From Octopus bimaculoides (lineage: Eukaryota): a stretch of 44,614 nt of DNA. Shown one piece after another: positions 24,973 through 38,171 of this stretch (positions are counted from its first letter, which is position 1; every line of letters starts with the position of its first letter). The position numbers were made by a program, and so were the translations under genes. The stretch spans positions 139,371,879 to 139,416,492 of the forward strand of contig NC_068982.1 of assembly GCF_001194135.2 (NCBI RefSeq). The letters run 5' to 3'. The notes under the pieces are model-generated. The model did no database searches. It saw nothing but the letters and a program-made list of their open reading frames with translations, and was not told the origin of the DNA.

Positions 24973-26372
24973 CATTACCAATACATGTTCAAAGTAAAAA
25001 TTGCTTGTGAGAGGTACCGCAGAATAGGATCGAACCTACTATAGCGTGATTTCAAACAGAACCTCAAATATTTATGAACTTATGTCAATATTCTCCATTG
25101 TAATTGAAGACATTGTTTCTTTTCCTTAATGTTTGATTAAGCGTAACATTCTGTTCACGCCCTAATTTTTTTATAATAAGTTGTGTTTGATCATGAGCAG
25201 AGTTTGGCATATTACTCGTATAACGTAAATTAGATAAGAATAAAATAGTACAACGAGTAAAATTTAATACCTTTTGTACATTACCGTTCATTCGTCAAAT
25301 ATAAAGATAATTAAAACCCAAAACTATCCGTTTCCTACAAACTATAAACAGTTTTAGCTGTAAATGAAGCAGCAACGTCCTACACATATAAGAAGAGAAG
25401 TGAAGAAAATTTATCGTTGAAATATCATTTTGAAGTAATGTGTTTCTATTGGCGAGCAAACTGAATTCAATATCAATTTAGGAACGATTCTAAGTTGGAC
25501 AAAATGAAAAACGAATTTACGTCCAACATAAACTGTCACTGACTTGTTTAAATGATCGATAATTTACCTGTTCATTAAGTCGAAGATTTAATAGATCAAA
25601 GTCTTTAACATGACCTGGTATACTGGTACTTCTATCAGAATCGAAACTATTGGAGGATTTCAAGATTTATCTTTTGTTTGACAATAAACACCCTCTTCGC
25701 ACCTCCCCAACCAGTCTCAGTAGTTCTAAAATTGATCACGCAGCTGGCTTTTTTCAATTGACTAACCCCAGAACAGAAGAAATGATATCAACCTCGAATC
25801 TTAAACGGCCATCACGCGAAAAAAAACAAAAAAAACTAAGCAACGTAACGAACAACAACAGTAACACTAAAAACGTGTGTATGTTTTCTACTTAGCATTT
25901 ATTGCGCCTTACGTCGTTCTTTCACGCCAAGAGTACAACTAAAACGGGATATGAATCTGACATATATGTGAATATTATATTAGCATATCAGGCTATCTTT
26001 TCATTCTCTAAGGTTCTAAGAACGATTCAAATTCTACTTGGTAGATTTTGAACAGCGATAAGAATAAACCATATCTCTGAGCAAGAGGATTAAATATTTA
26101 ATTCAGAGTAAGCCATTGCAATTTTCTATTGGTTTTATGCCTTCTCTCACAAATGTCATAAATAGAAATGTAGAAATTATTTGAAATTACTGTTGCTTTA
26201 GAGCAGAAAATTTTAACTGCAGTGACTGATTGTATGTGATTTATAATAGTAAGTCATAAATAAAACGGTACGTTATTGATTCTTACATGTTTTCCGATGG
26301 TTCAAATAATTAAATTCCTATGTGATACATCTTGAGTTTTTAGATAAATATCTATGAAAAATCACATATATA

Positions 26373-26422
<50 letters not shown>

Positions 26423-26608
26423 NNNNNNNNNNNNNNNNNNNNNNNNNNNNNNNNNNNNNNNNNNNNNNNNNNNNNNNNNNNNNNNNNNNNNNNNNNNNNN
26501 NNNNNNNNNNNNNNNNNNNNNNNNNNNNNNNNNNNNNNNNNNNNNNNNNNNNNNNNNNNNNNNNNNNNNNNNNNNNNNNNNNNNNNNNNNNNNNNNNNNN
26601 NNNNNNNN

Positions 26609-26653
<45 letters not shown>

Positions 26654-26847
26654 TAACACCTAAAATTGCTCGAAATAAGAGCTAAAAATATAACTCAAAT
26701 AACCAAACAAAATCACCAAATTCATGTGATGTTCAAGGGACTGCGAGCGGCAAACCACAACATCTTTCTCTAGCAATATAAAACACACAAACACACAGAA
26801 TGAAGTAATGTGATGAAACGTAGTCTTCTCCCTTGTGTGCCCCATCT

Positions 26848-26953
26848 GATTTTGCTGTACTTTACGCATATCTTTTGCATTCAGGGCCCACGTCCCACTG
26901 GCATGGAGTATAGCCGTTCGTATGCATGCATCACCCACTTTGCCTTTCACTCT
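26848..26953 (-). mobile_element. RTE-clade LINE RT fragment
   Basis: Translation RVKGKVGDACIRTAILHASGTWALNAKDMRK matches the RTE post-RT motif (KGxLYxACVRxAMLxGSETW). Confidence 0.75.
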
Positions 26954-27026
26954 ATATATACATAATATAATGTGTAATATATAATATATACATACATACA
27001 TACATACATACATATATGTATATATA

Positions 27027-27073
<47 letters not shown>

Positions 27074-27750
27074 NNNNNNNNNNNNNNNNNNNNNNNNNNN
27101 NNNNNNNNNNNNNNNNNNNNNNNNNNNNNNNNNNNNNNNNNNNNNNNNNNNNNNNNNNNNNNNNNNNNNNNNNNNNNNNNNNNNNNNNNNNNNNNNNNNN
27201 NNNNNNNNNNNNNNNNNNNNNNNNNNNNNNNNNNNNNNNNNNNNNNNNNNNNNNNNNNNNNNNNNNNNNNNNNNNNNNNNNNNNNNNNNNNNNNNNNNNN
27301 NNNNNNNNNNNNNNNNNNNNNNNNNNNNNNNNNNNNNNNNNNNNNNNNNNNNNNNNNNNNNNNNNNNNNNNNNNNNNNNNNNNNNNNNNNNNNNNNNNNN
27401 NNNNNNNNNNNNNNNNNNNNNNNNNNNNNNNNNNNNNNNNNNNNNNNNNNNNNNNNNNNNNNNNNNNNNNNNNNNNNNNNNNNNNNNNNNNNNNNNNNNN
27501 NNNNNNNNNNNNNNNNNNNNNNNNNNNNNNNNNNNNNNNNNNNNNNNNNNNNNNNNNNNNNNNNNNNNNNNNNNNNNNNNNNNNNNNNNNNNNNNNNNNN
27601 ATATATATGTAACCACAAATTAAAAGGGTGGCTTATTACCAATTAGAACCTAAAGGCAAAAGTTAATAGAGGTCACAAAAGTGTCAGAGGGTGCTGACTA
27701 GCAGCGCTTTTGCTAAACGTTTTCATTATTTTAACTCCCATATATATATG

Positions 27751-27792
<42 letters not shown>

Positions 27793-29024
27793 GTACGCAT
27801 AAGCATGTATCCCCTGAAGTCGCAAACTCACAGGGCCTGCTGTAAATATGCATTTTATAAGCACCCTACTACCATTTTCGTTTTCATACACGTAGCTACA
27901 TAACCGTTTCGAGATCGTCAATCGCATTTAGCATTTACATCAAGTTTATTGTTATCGAGAACAAGAAAACTTAGCCACAATAACAAAAAAAACCAACATG
28001 AAATCACAAACCAAATAAAAAAAATAATTGTATTTTTGCTTCTATAACTTTCAAACTAAGGTATGTTTTAGTTTAGTTTAATAAGTTGACGAAAAAACTT
28101 CAACATCAAACCTACAAGAACAACAATAACGAACAATAGAATCTTCCTATCTCTTTTTTGATCGGCTCCTAATTGTCTCGTTTCACTCAGATGTTATTTA
28201 GATTATACTGTTTGAATTTCCTTTCTTTCATTATTTTCAGGTTTATCTTTATTTGATATATAATCATTATTTTCATTTTCATTATTGGTTGTCTGGTTAT
28301 TCTTCATTTCCGTTATTCATGGTAAGATAAGCCAAAAATATGAAACTACGAATCTGTCTACGGTCGTGTATTTTTCAATAGGGCTAATTGTAAATACTAA
28401 CCAAATATAATGTAATAAAGTTAAAACAAAGCTATTTTACAATACTAAGCATGACAGATTCGCCAAACTCAAGCTTTCACACGCGCGCACATACGCAAGG
28501 TTTGATAAAAAAGATTTTCTTCCACCTGGTAGAATGTAGTGAAAAGTATAAAAAGAAGGAAAATGCGCAGGGGTTTTATTTGGAACAAACTATTTACATA
28601 GCCGACCGATTTCCTTTGAACTAATTAAGAAGTTAGAGATTAGTTTACTATTTCATTATATCATAAGAAATTTTCATATAATATTAGTTGGAGGAAGGAT
28701 ATTTTGTAAATCAATCAGGAGGTAAATACATATCAAGGAGTATTCAATGAGTGTTATTATTGGAAGCACGGCAAGTAAATACCCAAAATTTCTTACGCTG
28801 CATTTGTTATATTTTGATTAAAATATAAACATTTATGAACTAAAATATTTACATAGCCCAAAATTGTTTATATGTTCATGATACTCATTTTACGGATATA
28901 TAAGGAAGAGCTGGAAAAATATATCTGAGCAACTGTTATTCGAATTTCAAGCAACGCTCTTATATATTAGTAAAATGAAAATACATACTATTGTAGTGAC
29001 ACTTCATATATAAATTACATTTGA

Positions 29025-29062
<38 letters not shown>

Positions 29063-29375
29063 AACATATATACATATATATATATATAAACATATATACA
29101 TATATATNNNNNNNNNNNNNNNNNNNNNNNNNNNNNNNNNNNNNNNNNNNNNNNNNNNNNNNNNNNNNNNNNNNNNNNNNNNNNNNNNNNNNNNNNNNNN
29201 NNNNNNNNNNNNNNNNNNNNNNNNNNNNNNNNNNNNNNNNNNNNNNNNNNNNNNNNNNNNNNNNNNNNNNNNNNNNNNNNNNNNNNNNNNNNNNNNNNNN
29301 NNNNNNNNNNNNNNNNNNNNNNNNNNNNNNNNNNNNNNNNNNNNNNNNATATATATATATACATATCTATATATA

Positions 29376-30253
29376 CGAGTGTGCACCCAAAAGAAACCGG
29401 AAGTTTGCAATATTATTGTATTCACTCGAATTCACATGTTTACACTTTTATCGCTTTCAAAGTATTCTCCGTTTGAATCAATGCATCGGTCCTTGTGCTT
29501 TTTCCACTATTCGAAGCAGTGTGCCGCAACTCTTGCGAAGTGACATCTTATAACACATTCGTAATTTGTTGCTTCACCTCTTCCACATCAGCAAATTCCG
29601 TAGCACCAGCTTTTGCCACCACTGATGACCTGCCAAAAAAATTTTCGGATCAACTTCCAAGTCTTCTTTCAATTCACGACACGCATTCAGTCATGACTAC
29701 TTTTGATCTTCCGTGAGCAAGAGAGTTACACGTTTTGCTGCAACTATTTCCATTCGCATTTCTTCTTTCAAAATTCGTTGGCAGGAACTCCAGGACGCAC
29801 ATGTCATATTAATAAGTTCGCCGAAATTTCGGCGATTGTTCTCCAAAGTCAGGTCATCAATTTCATTGATATTTGCATTCGTTCGAGAAGTCGGCGGTCG
29901 CCCTGAATGAAGTTGGTATCCAAGTTATTATAAACTTGAGTTTTGCCCATGGTGGCGTCCCTGTAGGCTGTTTCAAACATGACAAGTGTTTAGGCCGCTA
30001 TTTTCCCCAGTAGAAAACATAATTTCACGGAATCACGCTGTTCCTTTGTTTCAGCCATCGCAAACATCGACGAACAGAAGTGATGCCGTGAACAACGAAG
30101 GCGCACCAGGTGGCGGTACGATCGAAGAGGACGACGCCGGTCGGCAGACTGATGCCTGACGTTCACAGCAAGTGGTGTCCACCGGTGGAAAGCTGAAATA
30201 CAGCGGGCTTGTCCCACAGAATACGTTTCCGATTACTTTTGGATACCTTCTCA
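29376..30253 (-). mobile_element. internally deleted mariner transposon
   Basis: TA at both ends and degenerate TIRs (CGAG..CCCAAAAGAAACCGGAA / TCCGATTACTTTTGGATACC..CTCA). Minus strand from ATG at 30058 reads MAETKEQRDSVKLCFLLGK..TQVY, jumps to FADVEEVK, and ends DRCIDSNGEYFESD. Confidence 0.88.
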
Positions 30254-30296
30254 TATATACATTCACACAAACACGCGCGCTCAAACACATACACAC

Positions 30297-30404
<108 letters not shown>

Positions 30405-30887
30405 AGGTAGATAGGTAGATAGATTAGATTCATCTATGTATGCATAAATGCATATATTGAATTCGCACAATCAAATAAATGGAAGAATAAAGTTGCACAG
30501 AGATGGTAATTAAAATAGAAAGAAATTTTGAAGGAGATGAGGTGATAACTTTAATATCCAATATCGTTGAAGCATCTTACATCTTCAGATATTTTGCAAC
30601 GACAATGTAAATTTGTGAAAAGACATAATTTATAAAACACACCGGAGACTAGTAACTAATCTGTATGTGTAGTCTTCCTGGTAAAGTAAAGAAGGAGCAT
30701 TTTAAGTTTTCTGTGTTATTGCTGCGAAGAATTTCAGAAAATTTGTTTCCAGATTTTTCTTTTAATTCTATGACATCTTTACGCTAGAAATTTTCTTTAC
30801 TTGCTTCTTAAAATAGCATTATCATATAGCTACCTACCTATGTATGTGTGTATGTATGTATGTATGAATGTATGTATGTATGTATGC

Positions 30888-30948
<61 letters not shown>

Positions 30949-32189
30949 CATCCAACGAGAGAGCATTTACCAAGTTTCTTCGCGTTCAGTTCTACTTTAC
31001 AGCATCTTCTATTATAACTGCGGGTGATAATAGAAGACATGCGAATGAATTTGAAGATAAGATCTGTGTAACACTCTTTTATATATACATATATACACAC
31101 AAATATACATCCATCCAAATGTATGCATATATATATATATATATATANNNNNNNNNNNNNNNNNNNNNNNNNNNNNNNNNNNNNNNNNNNNNNNNNNNNN
31201 NNNNNNNNNNNNNNNNNNNNNNNNNNNNNNNNNNNNNNNNNNNNNNNNNNNNNNNNNNNNNNNNNNNNNNNNNNNNNNNNNNNNNNNNNNNNNNNNNNNN
31301 NNNNNNNNNNNNNNNNNNNNNNNNNNNNNNNNNNNNNNNNNNNNNNNNNNNNNNNNNNNNNNNNNNNNNNNNNNNNNNNNNNNNNNNNNNNNNNNNNNNN
31401 NNNNNNNNNNNNNNNNNNNNNNNNNNNNNNNNNNNNNNNNNNNNNNNNNNNNNNNNNNNNNNNNNNNNNNNNNNNNNNNNNNNNNNNNNNNNNNNNNNNN
31501 NNNNNNNNNNNNNNNNNNNNNNNNNNNNNNNNNNNNNNNNNNNNNNNNNNNNNNNNNNNNNNNNNNNNNNNNNNNNNNNNNNNNNNNNNNNNNNNNNNNN
31601 NNNNNNNNNNNNNNNNNNNNNNNNNNNNNNNNNNNNNNNNNNNNNNNNNNNNNNNNNNNNNNNNNNNNNNNNNNNNNNNNNNNNNNNNNNNNNNNNNNNN
31701 NNNNNNNNNNNNNNNNNNNNNNNNNNNNNNNNNNNNNNNNNNNNNNNNNNNNNNNNNNNNNNNNNNNNNNNNNNNNNNNNNNNNNNNNNNNNNNNNNNNN
31801 NNNNNNNNNNNNNNNNNNNNNNNNNNNNNNNNNNNNNNNNNNNNNNNNNNNNNNNNNNNNNNNNNNNNNNNNNNNNNNNNNNNNNNNNNNNNNNNNNNNN
31901 NNNNNNNNNNNNNNNNNNNNNNNNNNNNNNNNNNNNNNNNNNNNNNNNNNNNNNNNNNNNNNNNNNNNNNNNNNNNNNNNNNNNNNNNNNNNNNNNNNNN
32001 NNNNNNNNNNNNNNNNNNNNNNNNNNNNNNNNNNNNNNNNNNNNNNNNNNNNNNNNNGGTAACTTCCATCAAAGATGAAGTATGAAGGATCGCTTTTTGC
32101 CGAACGATCTGCACAAACGATTTGTTTATAGTGATCAGATATGTGGAAAACATCTCGAAAATTTAATCGCCTAAGAGGGTACTGAATTA

Positions 32190-32600
32190 ACGTATTGAAG
32201 GCATAACTGATCTCGATTACTGGGACCGCCTTGAAACTCTACTCTCTCCAGCGCCGCCGTCAGAGGTACATCATCTTCACGATGTGGAGAACATACCACC
32301 AGCATTGCCCAAACGACCTGACATTAGTTTCAAGGTTCATCCAAGGCTGGGAACACGGACCATACGTCCCCTGCCCATTTCAGGATCACAACATATAGCC
32401 ACACTGCGACACAATTTCTTTTCCTCAACAGGCCCTGCCATGTTTAACATTGTCCCAAACCTGATCAAACAGGAATAGGATCCCATCACTTTTAAACGGA
32501 GTCTGGACAAATTTCTACAAGGAATGCCAGATAAGCCACCTGTACCTGGATACAGCTCACTCAACAAGAACTCACTCCTTGAATGGACCTTAATACTACA
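32190..32600 (+). mobile_element. CR1-clade LINE, 3' end of ORF2
   Basis: LDYWDRL, YSLQRRRQRYII, NFFSSTGPAMFNIVP, FKRSLDKFLQGMPDKPPVPGYSSLNKNSLLEW, with frameshifts and stops. Confidence 0.88.
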
Positions 32601-32714
32601 AAACCTGACTTTAAAAAGTGGTGTTATTAAGTTCGACATGGCCTGGACTAATCTTTGGTCGAAACATATCTACGCTTTATCTAGGTTTCTATTTTATGTG
32701 CTGTACCTGTCTCC

Positions 32715-32868
32715 ATCAAATCGGCGTTGAATGAACCACGCATCAAGTCTCGAACTGGTCGACGAGCTAGGTGAGATCAAATGTATTGCTTGAGAATACA
32801 ATCCCTCCCACTCGTCCAGGAATTGAAAACACGATCTACCGATCGTGAGTGCAACACTAGGCCATGCA
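32715..32868 (-). mobile_element. tRNA-derived SINE, diverged
   Basis: Reverse complement reads GGCCTAGTGTTGCACTCACGATCGGTAGATCGTGTTTTCAATTCCTGG (tRNA-like head) followed by TTCTCAAGCAATACATTT core-like sequence. Confidence 0.6.
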
Positions 32869-33884
32869 AACTCTCACTTAAATATTGTCAAATCAATATG
32901 TATGGCAAGGAAGGCGGTAACATGAATGGGATTGGAAAAAGATTATACTTGGAAAGAGACTGGACTTCAAGTTTGTTTCAATTATGTGGTAATCGTGACA
33001 CTCTTCCGGCTGACGTAAGTCCTGTGTCCGCAGCATCATCAATTAGAATCCCCAATTATAGTTTGTTTCGTAACGTATTTTTAATCGTTGGTACTACGAG
33101 CAGCGGATTTGCCACATCTGAAGAACTGCAGTGATCATCGTGTTGTCGACACCGTGGCCTAATCTCCTTAAATGAGTCTGGCAACTTTGTCCCGTGTCAA
33201 CATATCTCTTAAGTTCTCAGATGATTGTGTGTGTGTACCAATGCATCATTACTTTTTACATGCGTGTGTATGTATATACATATTCCCTATATGTGGCCCA
33301 GGAGTTGCACAGATTGAAAATTCAACCCAAGATATTACAGTATGATATGACATTGAACCACGTTGAATCTTGTACTACAAATTGTGCAGGAGTTGGCAAG
33401 CTATCAAATATTGCGAATGAATATCGACTAGCGTATACAAAGCGATTGTCTATAAAGTTTAAATAAATAATTCCCACAAGGCAAATACAAGATATGACAG
33501 ATGTCAACTTACAGTTATTTTAATTCAAATCACTTCCACCATTGCTATTACCGTCCGATTAAAATCCTAAGAATTATATAATCTAAAATGCAACCTACTT
33601 CATCACTTTAAGTGTTCAGTACATTATTCAAATTAAGTTCTAGAATCTATTCAAATACCCATGTACTCATACTACAATAGAAGAAAGAAGAGATATATAG
33701 ATTTTTGATGTAAATGTATTTAAATATTTTCAAACGTCTTCAAAATTATTAAAGTGTCTCGTGAGTTAAATGTTTAGTGTTGCGAAAGACAGACAACCGC
33801 ATCAAACACACCTTATATACACGCAGATAAAGACTACACACACTCACACACACACACACACACACACAAATATACATGTATGTA

Positions 33885-33942
<58 letters not shown>

Positions 33943-34389
33943 TATAGATATATATATATATATAAACATATATATATATTTATATATGTGAATGTAAGTA
34001 TATATATGTGGGGGAGTGTGCGTGTGTATGTATGTATGCATGTATATACGTAGGTATACAAGTATATCTTTTATTATACACAGTTTTAAAAAGAATTGGT
34101 AATAGTTTCATGCTGTAGAGATAGAATCGTTTCGCAGATTTATATTACATGCCACGTGTCTGCAAGCAATCTTTCATGCTAGGTGGATACCATTAGACCT
34201 ATTTAAAAACAAGGCAGCTTATATGTTAGAAAACGCAAGAAAATGTGCGAGAGGCATTTGATGCAAGAATTGGACAGAAAAGAAAAGAAAAGTAAAATCC
34301 TCGTTTCCTTTAACGTTAGAAATCGTAATTAATATAGCTGGTGTAGAATAATATAACATAAAGGACCCCAACATCTGAGAGATAGCTAT

Positions 34390-35229
34390 TCAAACCAGAG
34401 AAGCCGGTATCCTCCAGTTCGACAAAATAATCTTGTCCCTATACTTGTAATTGCTAAAAATGTTGAACCTGGAATTGAGTAATGTGATGCACTACTTGCA
34501 TCTCTTTGATCTATATATATATAAATATAGCGTGGATTTTACCACTATTCTGCCCTTGATAATATGTAGTGTGCTGTTGGTCATCAAATCCCATACGTGC
34601 CTAACAAAATTGGTGACTTTATTTTATCAATATGTCAGAAAGAAGACTGGCGGTTTGCATAACGGCTTTTAAAATTGCCTTCGTATAACCCGACATAATT
34701 TTTCTTCTCGATGACATTGTCGTGGGGCACTGCTGTAACATAGACTTCATAACCTACTGATTCACTCAAACACGCCTCATCAAGCTGCAAGATTCAGGGT
34801 CTAGACAATTACAATTGAGAGTGGATTCTTGGTATAACTTGTGAGTGATAATGTTTTTCCATGTAGGGCAGTAGCTATATGAGATTTTTATCAAGCATTT
34901 TCTAAAAATCTTCTTACATTTCTGGTATTTTGTGAAATACCGATTTATTAATCCCAGGAATTTTTACCTATGCTAGTTTTAACAGTTAAAGAGAAAGGGG
35001 GATAAGCAATATTATTTTCCAAGGTCTAGATTTAGGTTTCATATTTTTAATGGAAGTATTATAAGATACCTTAATTTTGAAGCTGTTGTAAGCCAGGGAA
35101 TTTTTCTTGTAGGAGCTGCTTTATTTACTTTCAAGCGTATAGTTTAGAGATCTTATTACTGATATTGTCTACAAGTTTTTTTTTCTTTTTAAAGTATAAG
35201 AAGGAGAGTGAGAAGACAGTAATTTTCTT
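34390..35229 (-). mobile_element. Penelope-like element pseudogene (RT thumb, linker, GIY-YIG endonuclease), CxCx5C linker type
   Basis: Frameshifted minus-strand translation: LVDNISNKISKL, KAAPT, VKTSIGK.FLGLINRYF..KIF..IKISYS, CNCLDPESC, ACLSESVGYEVYVT, KNYVGLYEGNFKSRYAN, VWDL, KRCK*CIT, LLNSRFNIFSN..RDKIILSNW. Confidence 0.85.
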
Positions 35230-35711
35230 ANNNNNNNNNNNNNNNNNNNNNNNNNNNNNNNNNNNNNNNNNNNNNNNNNNNNNNNNNNNNNNNNNNNNNN
35301 NNNNNNNNNNNNNNNNNNNNNNNNNNNNNNNNNNNNNNNNNNNNNNNNNNNNNNNNNNNNNNNNNNNNNNNNNNNNNNNNNNNNNNNNNNNNNNNNNNNN
35401 NNNNNNNNNNNNNNNNNNNNNNNNNNNNNNNNNNNNNNNNNNNNNNNNNNNNNNNNNNNNNNNNNNNNNNNNNNNNNNNNNNNNNNNNNNNNNNNNNNNN
35501 NNNNNNNNNNNNNNNNNNNNNNNNNNNNNNNNNNNNNNNNNNNNNNNNNNNNNNNNNNNNNNNNNNNNNNNNNNNNNNNNNNNNNNNNNNNNNNNNNNNN
35601 NNNNNNNNNNNNNNNNNNNNNNNNNNNNNNNNNNNNNNNNNNNNNNNNNNNNNNNNNNNNNNNNNNNNNNNNNNNNNNNNNNNNNNNNNNNNNNNNNNNN
35701 NNNNNNNNNNN

Positions 35712-35767
35712 CTTCTTCTTCTTCTTCTTCTTCTTCTTCTTCTTCTTCTTCTTCTTCTTCTTCTTCT
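35712..35767. repeat. (TTC)n trinucleotide microsatellite
   Basis: Direct reading; abuts N gap 35231-35711. Confidence 0.99.
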
Positions 35768-35793
35768 CATTATATATAATTTTTGAATTATCA

Positions 35794-36764
35794 CTATATG
35801 AAATCTCACGCCAGAAATTTGGACACGTTTTCCACATCTATTTAATGGATAACTGGAAAAGATACTTGGATGATCGTTTCATCATATGGAAGGAATCCTA
35901 TGAAAAACTTCTAGAATTCAAATCCATACTTAACAACATACATCCCAGCATTCAATTCACTATGGAATTCAGCAAACATCATCTCCCTTGTCTTGATCTC
36001 TTAATTATAAAAACGCCTAATAACTAAATCACAGCCGACATCTACCACAAACCTACAGACTCACAACAATACCTCCTTTTTAGCTCATGCCACTCAAAAC
36101 ACATCAAGATAAATATCCCCTTTAATTTAGCTAAAATAATTTGCATTATTGTCTCTGACCCAACCACTCGAGAAATACGCTTACAAGACCTAAAAAAAAA
36201 ACACTATTACAACGCCAATATCCCTCCACACTCAAAGATCTTGGAATAAAACGTGCGAAGGAACTTGACAAAAACACACTAAAAACCAACCAACACAATA
36301 ACGCACCCAACACCAAAATACTTCCATACATCTCCACCCACAACCCCCAAAACATCGAAGCATGCACCACAATCAAACAAAACCTCCCCTTACTCCGCAC
36401 AGACTCGAAAATAAACAATATCATCAATACACACAAAGTCCTTAAATGCAAAAGGCACCACAAATCTTTGAAAAAACTTTTAACCAATGCCAAACTACAT
36501 ACACCACTTCCACCCCCATCAGTTAAAAAATGTGTACGCCCTAATTGTGGTACCTGCCCCTACCTACTTGAAGGCTCTCAATTTACCTTCAAACGAGGAA
36601 CAAAGTTTAAAATCAAAATCAATTTCTCTTGTTCCTCTGGGAACCTCATTTATGTACTCACATGTGCAGATTGCCAAAACTTCTATATCGGACAGACGGG
36701 CATAAAGAACAAATAAATCTCCCTCAATACCGCCAAATTCCACTCAGTGGGCACATAGACTCTA
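35794..36764 (+). mobile_element. Penelope-like element pseudogene (RT C-half, Cx4CxxC linker, GIY-YIG), Neptune-type
   Basis: WKRYLDDRF, LNNIHPSIQFTME, LPCLDLLI, DIYHKPTDSQQYLLFSSCH, STHNP, KKCVRPNCGTCPY, CSSGNLIYVLTCADCQNFYIGQTG; several stops and frameshifts. Confidence 0.93.
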
Positions 36765-36795
36765 TAGCTTGCTTACCAACCACATTGTTCCGGGT
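36765..36795 (+). mobile_element. 5'-truncated CORE-like SINE interrupting the PLE, running into a gap
   Basis: TAGCTTGCTTACCAACCACATTGTTCCGGGT matches the SINE family seen at 17085-17200 and 10018-10128. Confidence 0.6.
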
Positions 36796-37237
36796 NNNNN
36801 NNNNNNNNNNNNNNNNNNNNNNNNNNNNNNNNNNNNNNNNNNNNNNNNNNNNNNNNNNNNNNNNNNNNNNNNNNNNNNNNNNNNNNNNNNNNNNNNNNNN
36901 NNNNNNNNNNNNNNNNNNNNNNNNNNNNNNNNNNNNNNNNNNNNNNNNNNNNNNNNNNNNNNNNNNNNNNNNNNNNNNNNNNNNNNNNNNNNNNNNNNNN
37001 NNNNNNNNNNNNNNNNNNNNNNNNNNNNNNNNNNNNNNNNNNNNNNNNNNNNNNNNNNNNNNNNNNNNNNNNNNNNNNNNNNNNNNNNNNNNNNNNNNNN
37101 NNNNNNNNNNNNNNNNNNNNNNNNNNNNNNNNNNNNNNNNNNNNNNNNNNNNNNNNNNNNNNNNNNNNNNNNNNNNNNNNNNNNNNNNNNNNNNNNNNNN
37201 NNNNNNNNNNNNNNNNNNNNNNNNNNNNNNNNNNNNN

Positions 37238-37261
<24 letters not shown>

Positions 37262-37268
<7 letters not shown>

Positions 37269-37565
37269 TGTTGAGGCAAATGAAATCGAAATCGAACCAA
37301 ATTCGATGACTGGCACCCGTGCCAGTGGACCGCTAAGATCACCATCCGAGCGTGATCATTGCCAAAGCAGCTGTCAGGCTTCCGTGCCGGTGGCACGTAA
37401 ATAGCACCATTTGAGCGTGATCGTTACTAGCGTCGACTTACTGGCACTTGTGCCGGTGGCACGGGAAAAAAACATTCGAGCGAGGACGTCGCTAGTACTG
37501 CTAGACCGGCTCCTGTGCAGGTGGCAAGTAAAAAACACCATTTGAGTGTGGCCGTTGCCAGTACC
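37262..37565 (+). repeat. interspersed repeat with four ~65-bp tandem subunits
   Basis: GTGCC(A/G)GTGG-type unit starts at 37319, 37384, 37450 and 37515 (spacing 65, 66, 65), each followed by CACCAT/ACATT..GAGCG/GAGTG. Confidence 0.8.
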
Positions 37566-37572
37566 GCCTGCC

Positions 37573-37690
37573 AGGCAAAAGAGACCGATAGAATAAGTAC
37601 TACAAAGAATAAGTCCTAGGGCCGATTTGTTTGACTAAAAGCTGTGCTCCAGCATGGCCGCAGTCAAATGAATGAAACAAATAAAAGAAT
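37573..37690 (+). mobile_element. octopus-type SINE 3' tail
   Basis: GGCAAAAGAGACCGATAGAATAAGTACT...GTGCTCCAGCATGGCCGCAGTCAAATG; homologous to 17488-17700. Confidence 0.85.
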
Positions 37691-38120
37691 ATATAATAAT
37701 CCAAAATTATCGAATGGAGTAGACAAAATCCAGATTGCACATGTTTCAAAGCTAGCAGGATGTCGGAAGTAATTGCCCAAACGAGAGATAATCCGCTATA
37801 TANNNNNNNNNNNNNNNNNNNNNNNNNNNNNNNNNNNNNNNNNNNNNNNNNNNNNNNNNNNNNNNNNNNNNNNNNNNNNNNNNNNNNNNNNNNNNNNNNN
37901 NNNNNNNNNNNNNNNNNNNNNNNNNNNNNNNNNNNNNNNNNNNNNNNNNNNNNNNNNNNNNNNNNNNNNNNNNNNNNNNNNNNNNNNNNNNNNNNNNNNN
38001 NNNNNNNNNNNNNNNNNNNNNNNNNNNNNNNNNNNNNNNNNNNNNNNNNNNNNNNNNNNNNNNNNNNNNNNNNNNNNNNNNNNNNNNNNNNNNNNNNNNN
38101 NNNNNNNNNNNNNNNNNNNN

Positions 38121-38171
<51 letters not shown>

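Noticed and set aside
34110-34185. Hairpin GCAGA..TCTGC followed by GAAAC on the minus strand downstream of the PLE
   Set aside because: No CUGANGA adjacent to the stem and no stem I; cannot be called a hammerhead.
34390-34830. Selenocysteine (in-frame TGA at conserved Cys), reported for some Naiad PLEs
   Set aside because: The recognisable Cys codons in the linker and C-terminal CxxC are TGT/TGC; stops fall at other positions and look like decay.
37319-37565. Regularly spaced partly palindromic repeats resembling a CRISPR array
   Set aside because: Eukaryotic context, the intervening segments are similar to each other, repeats are degenerate and no cas genes are present; it is a tandem subrepeat.
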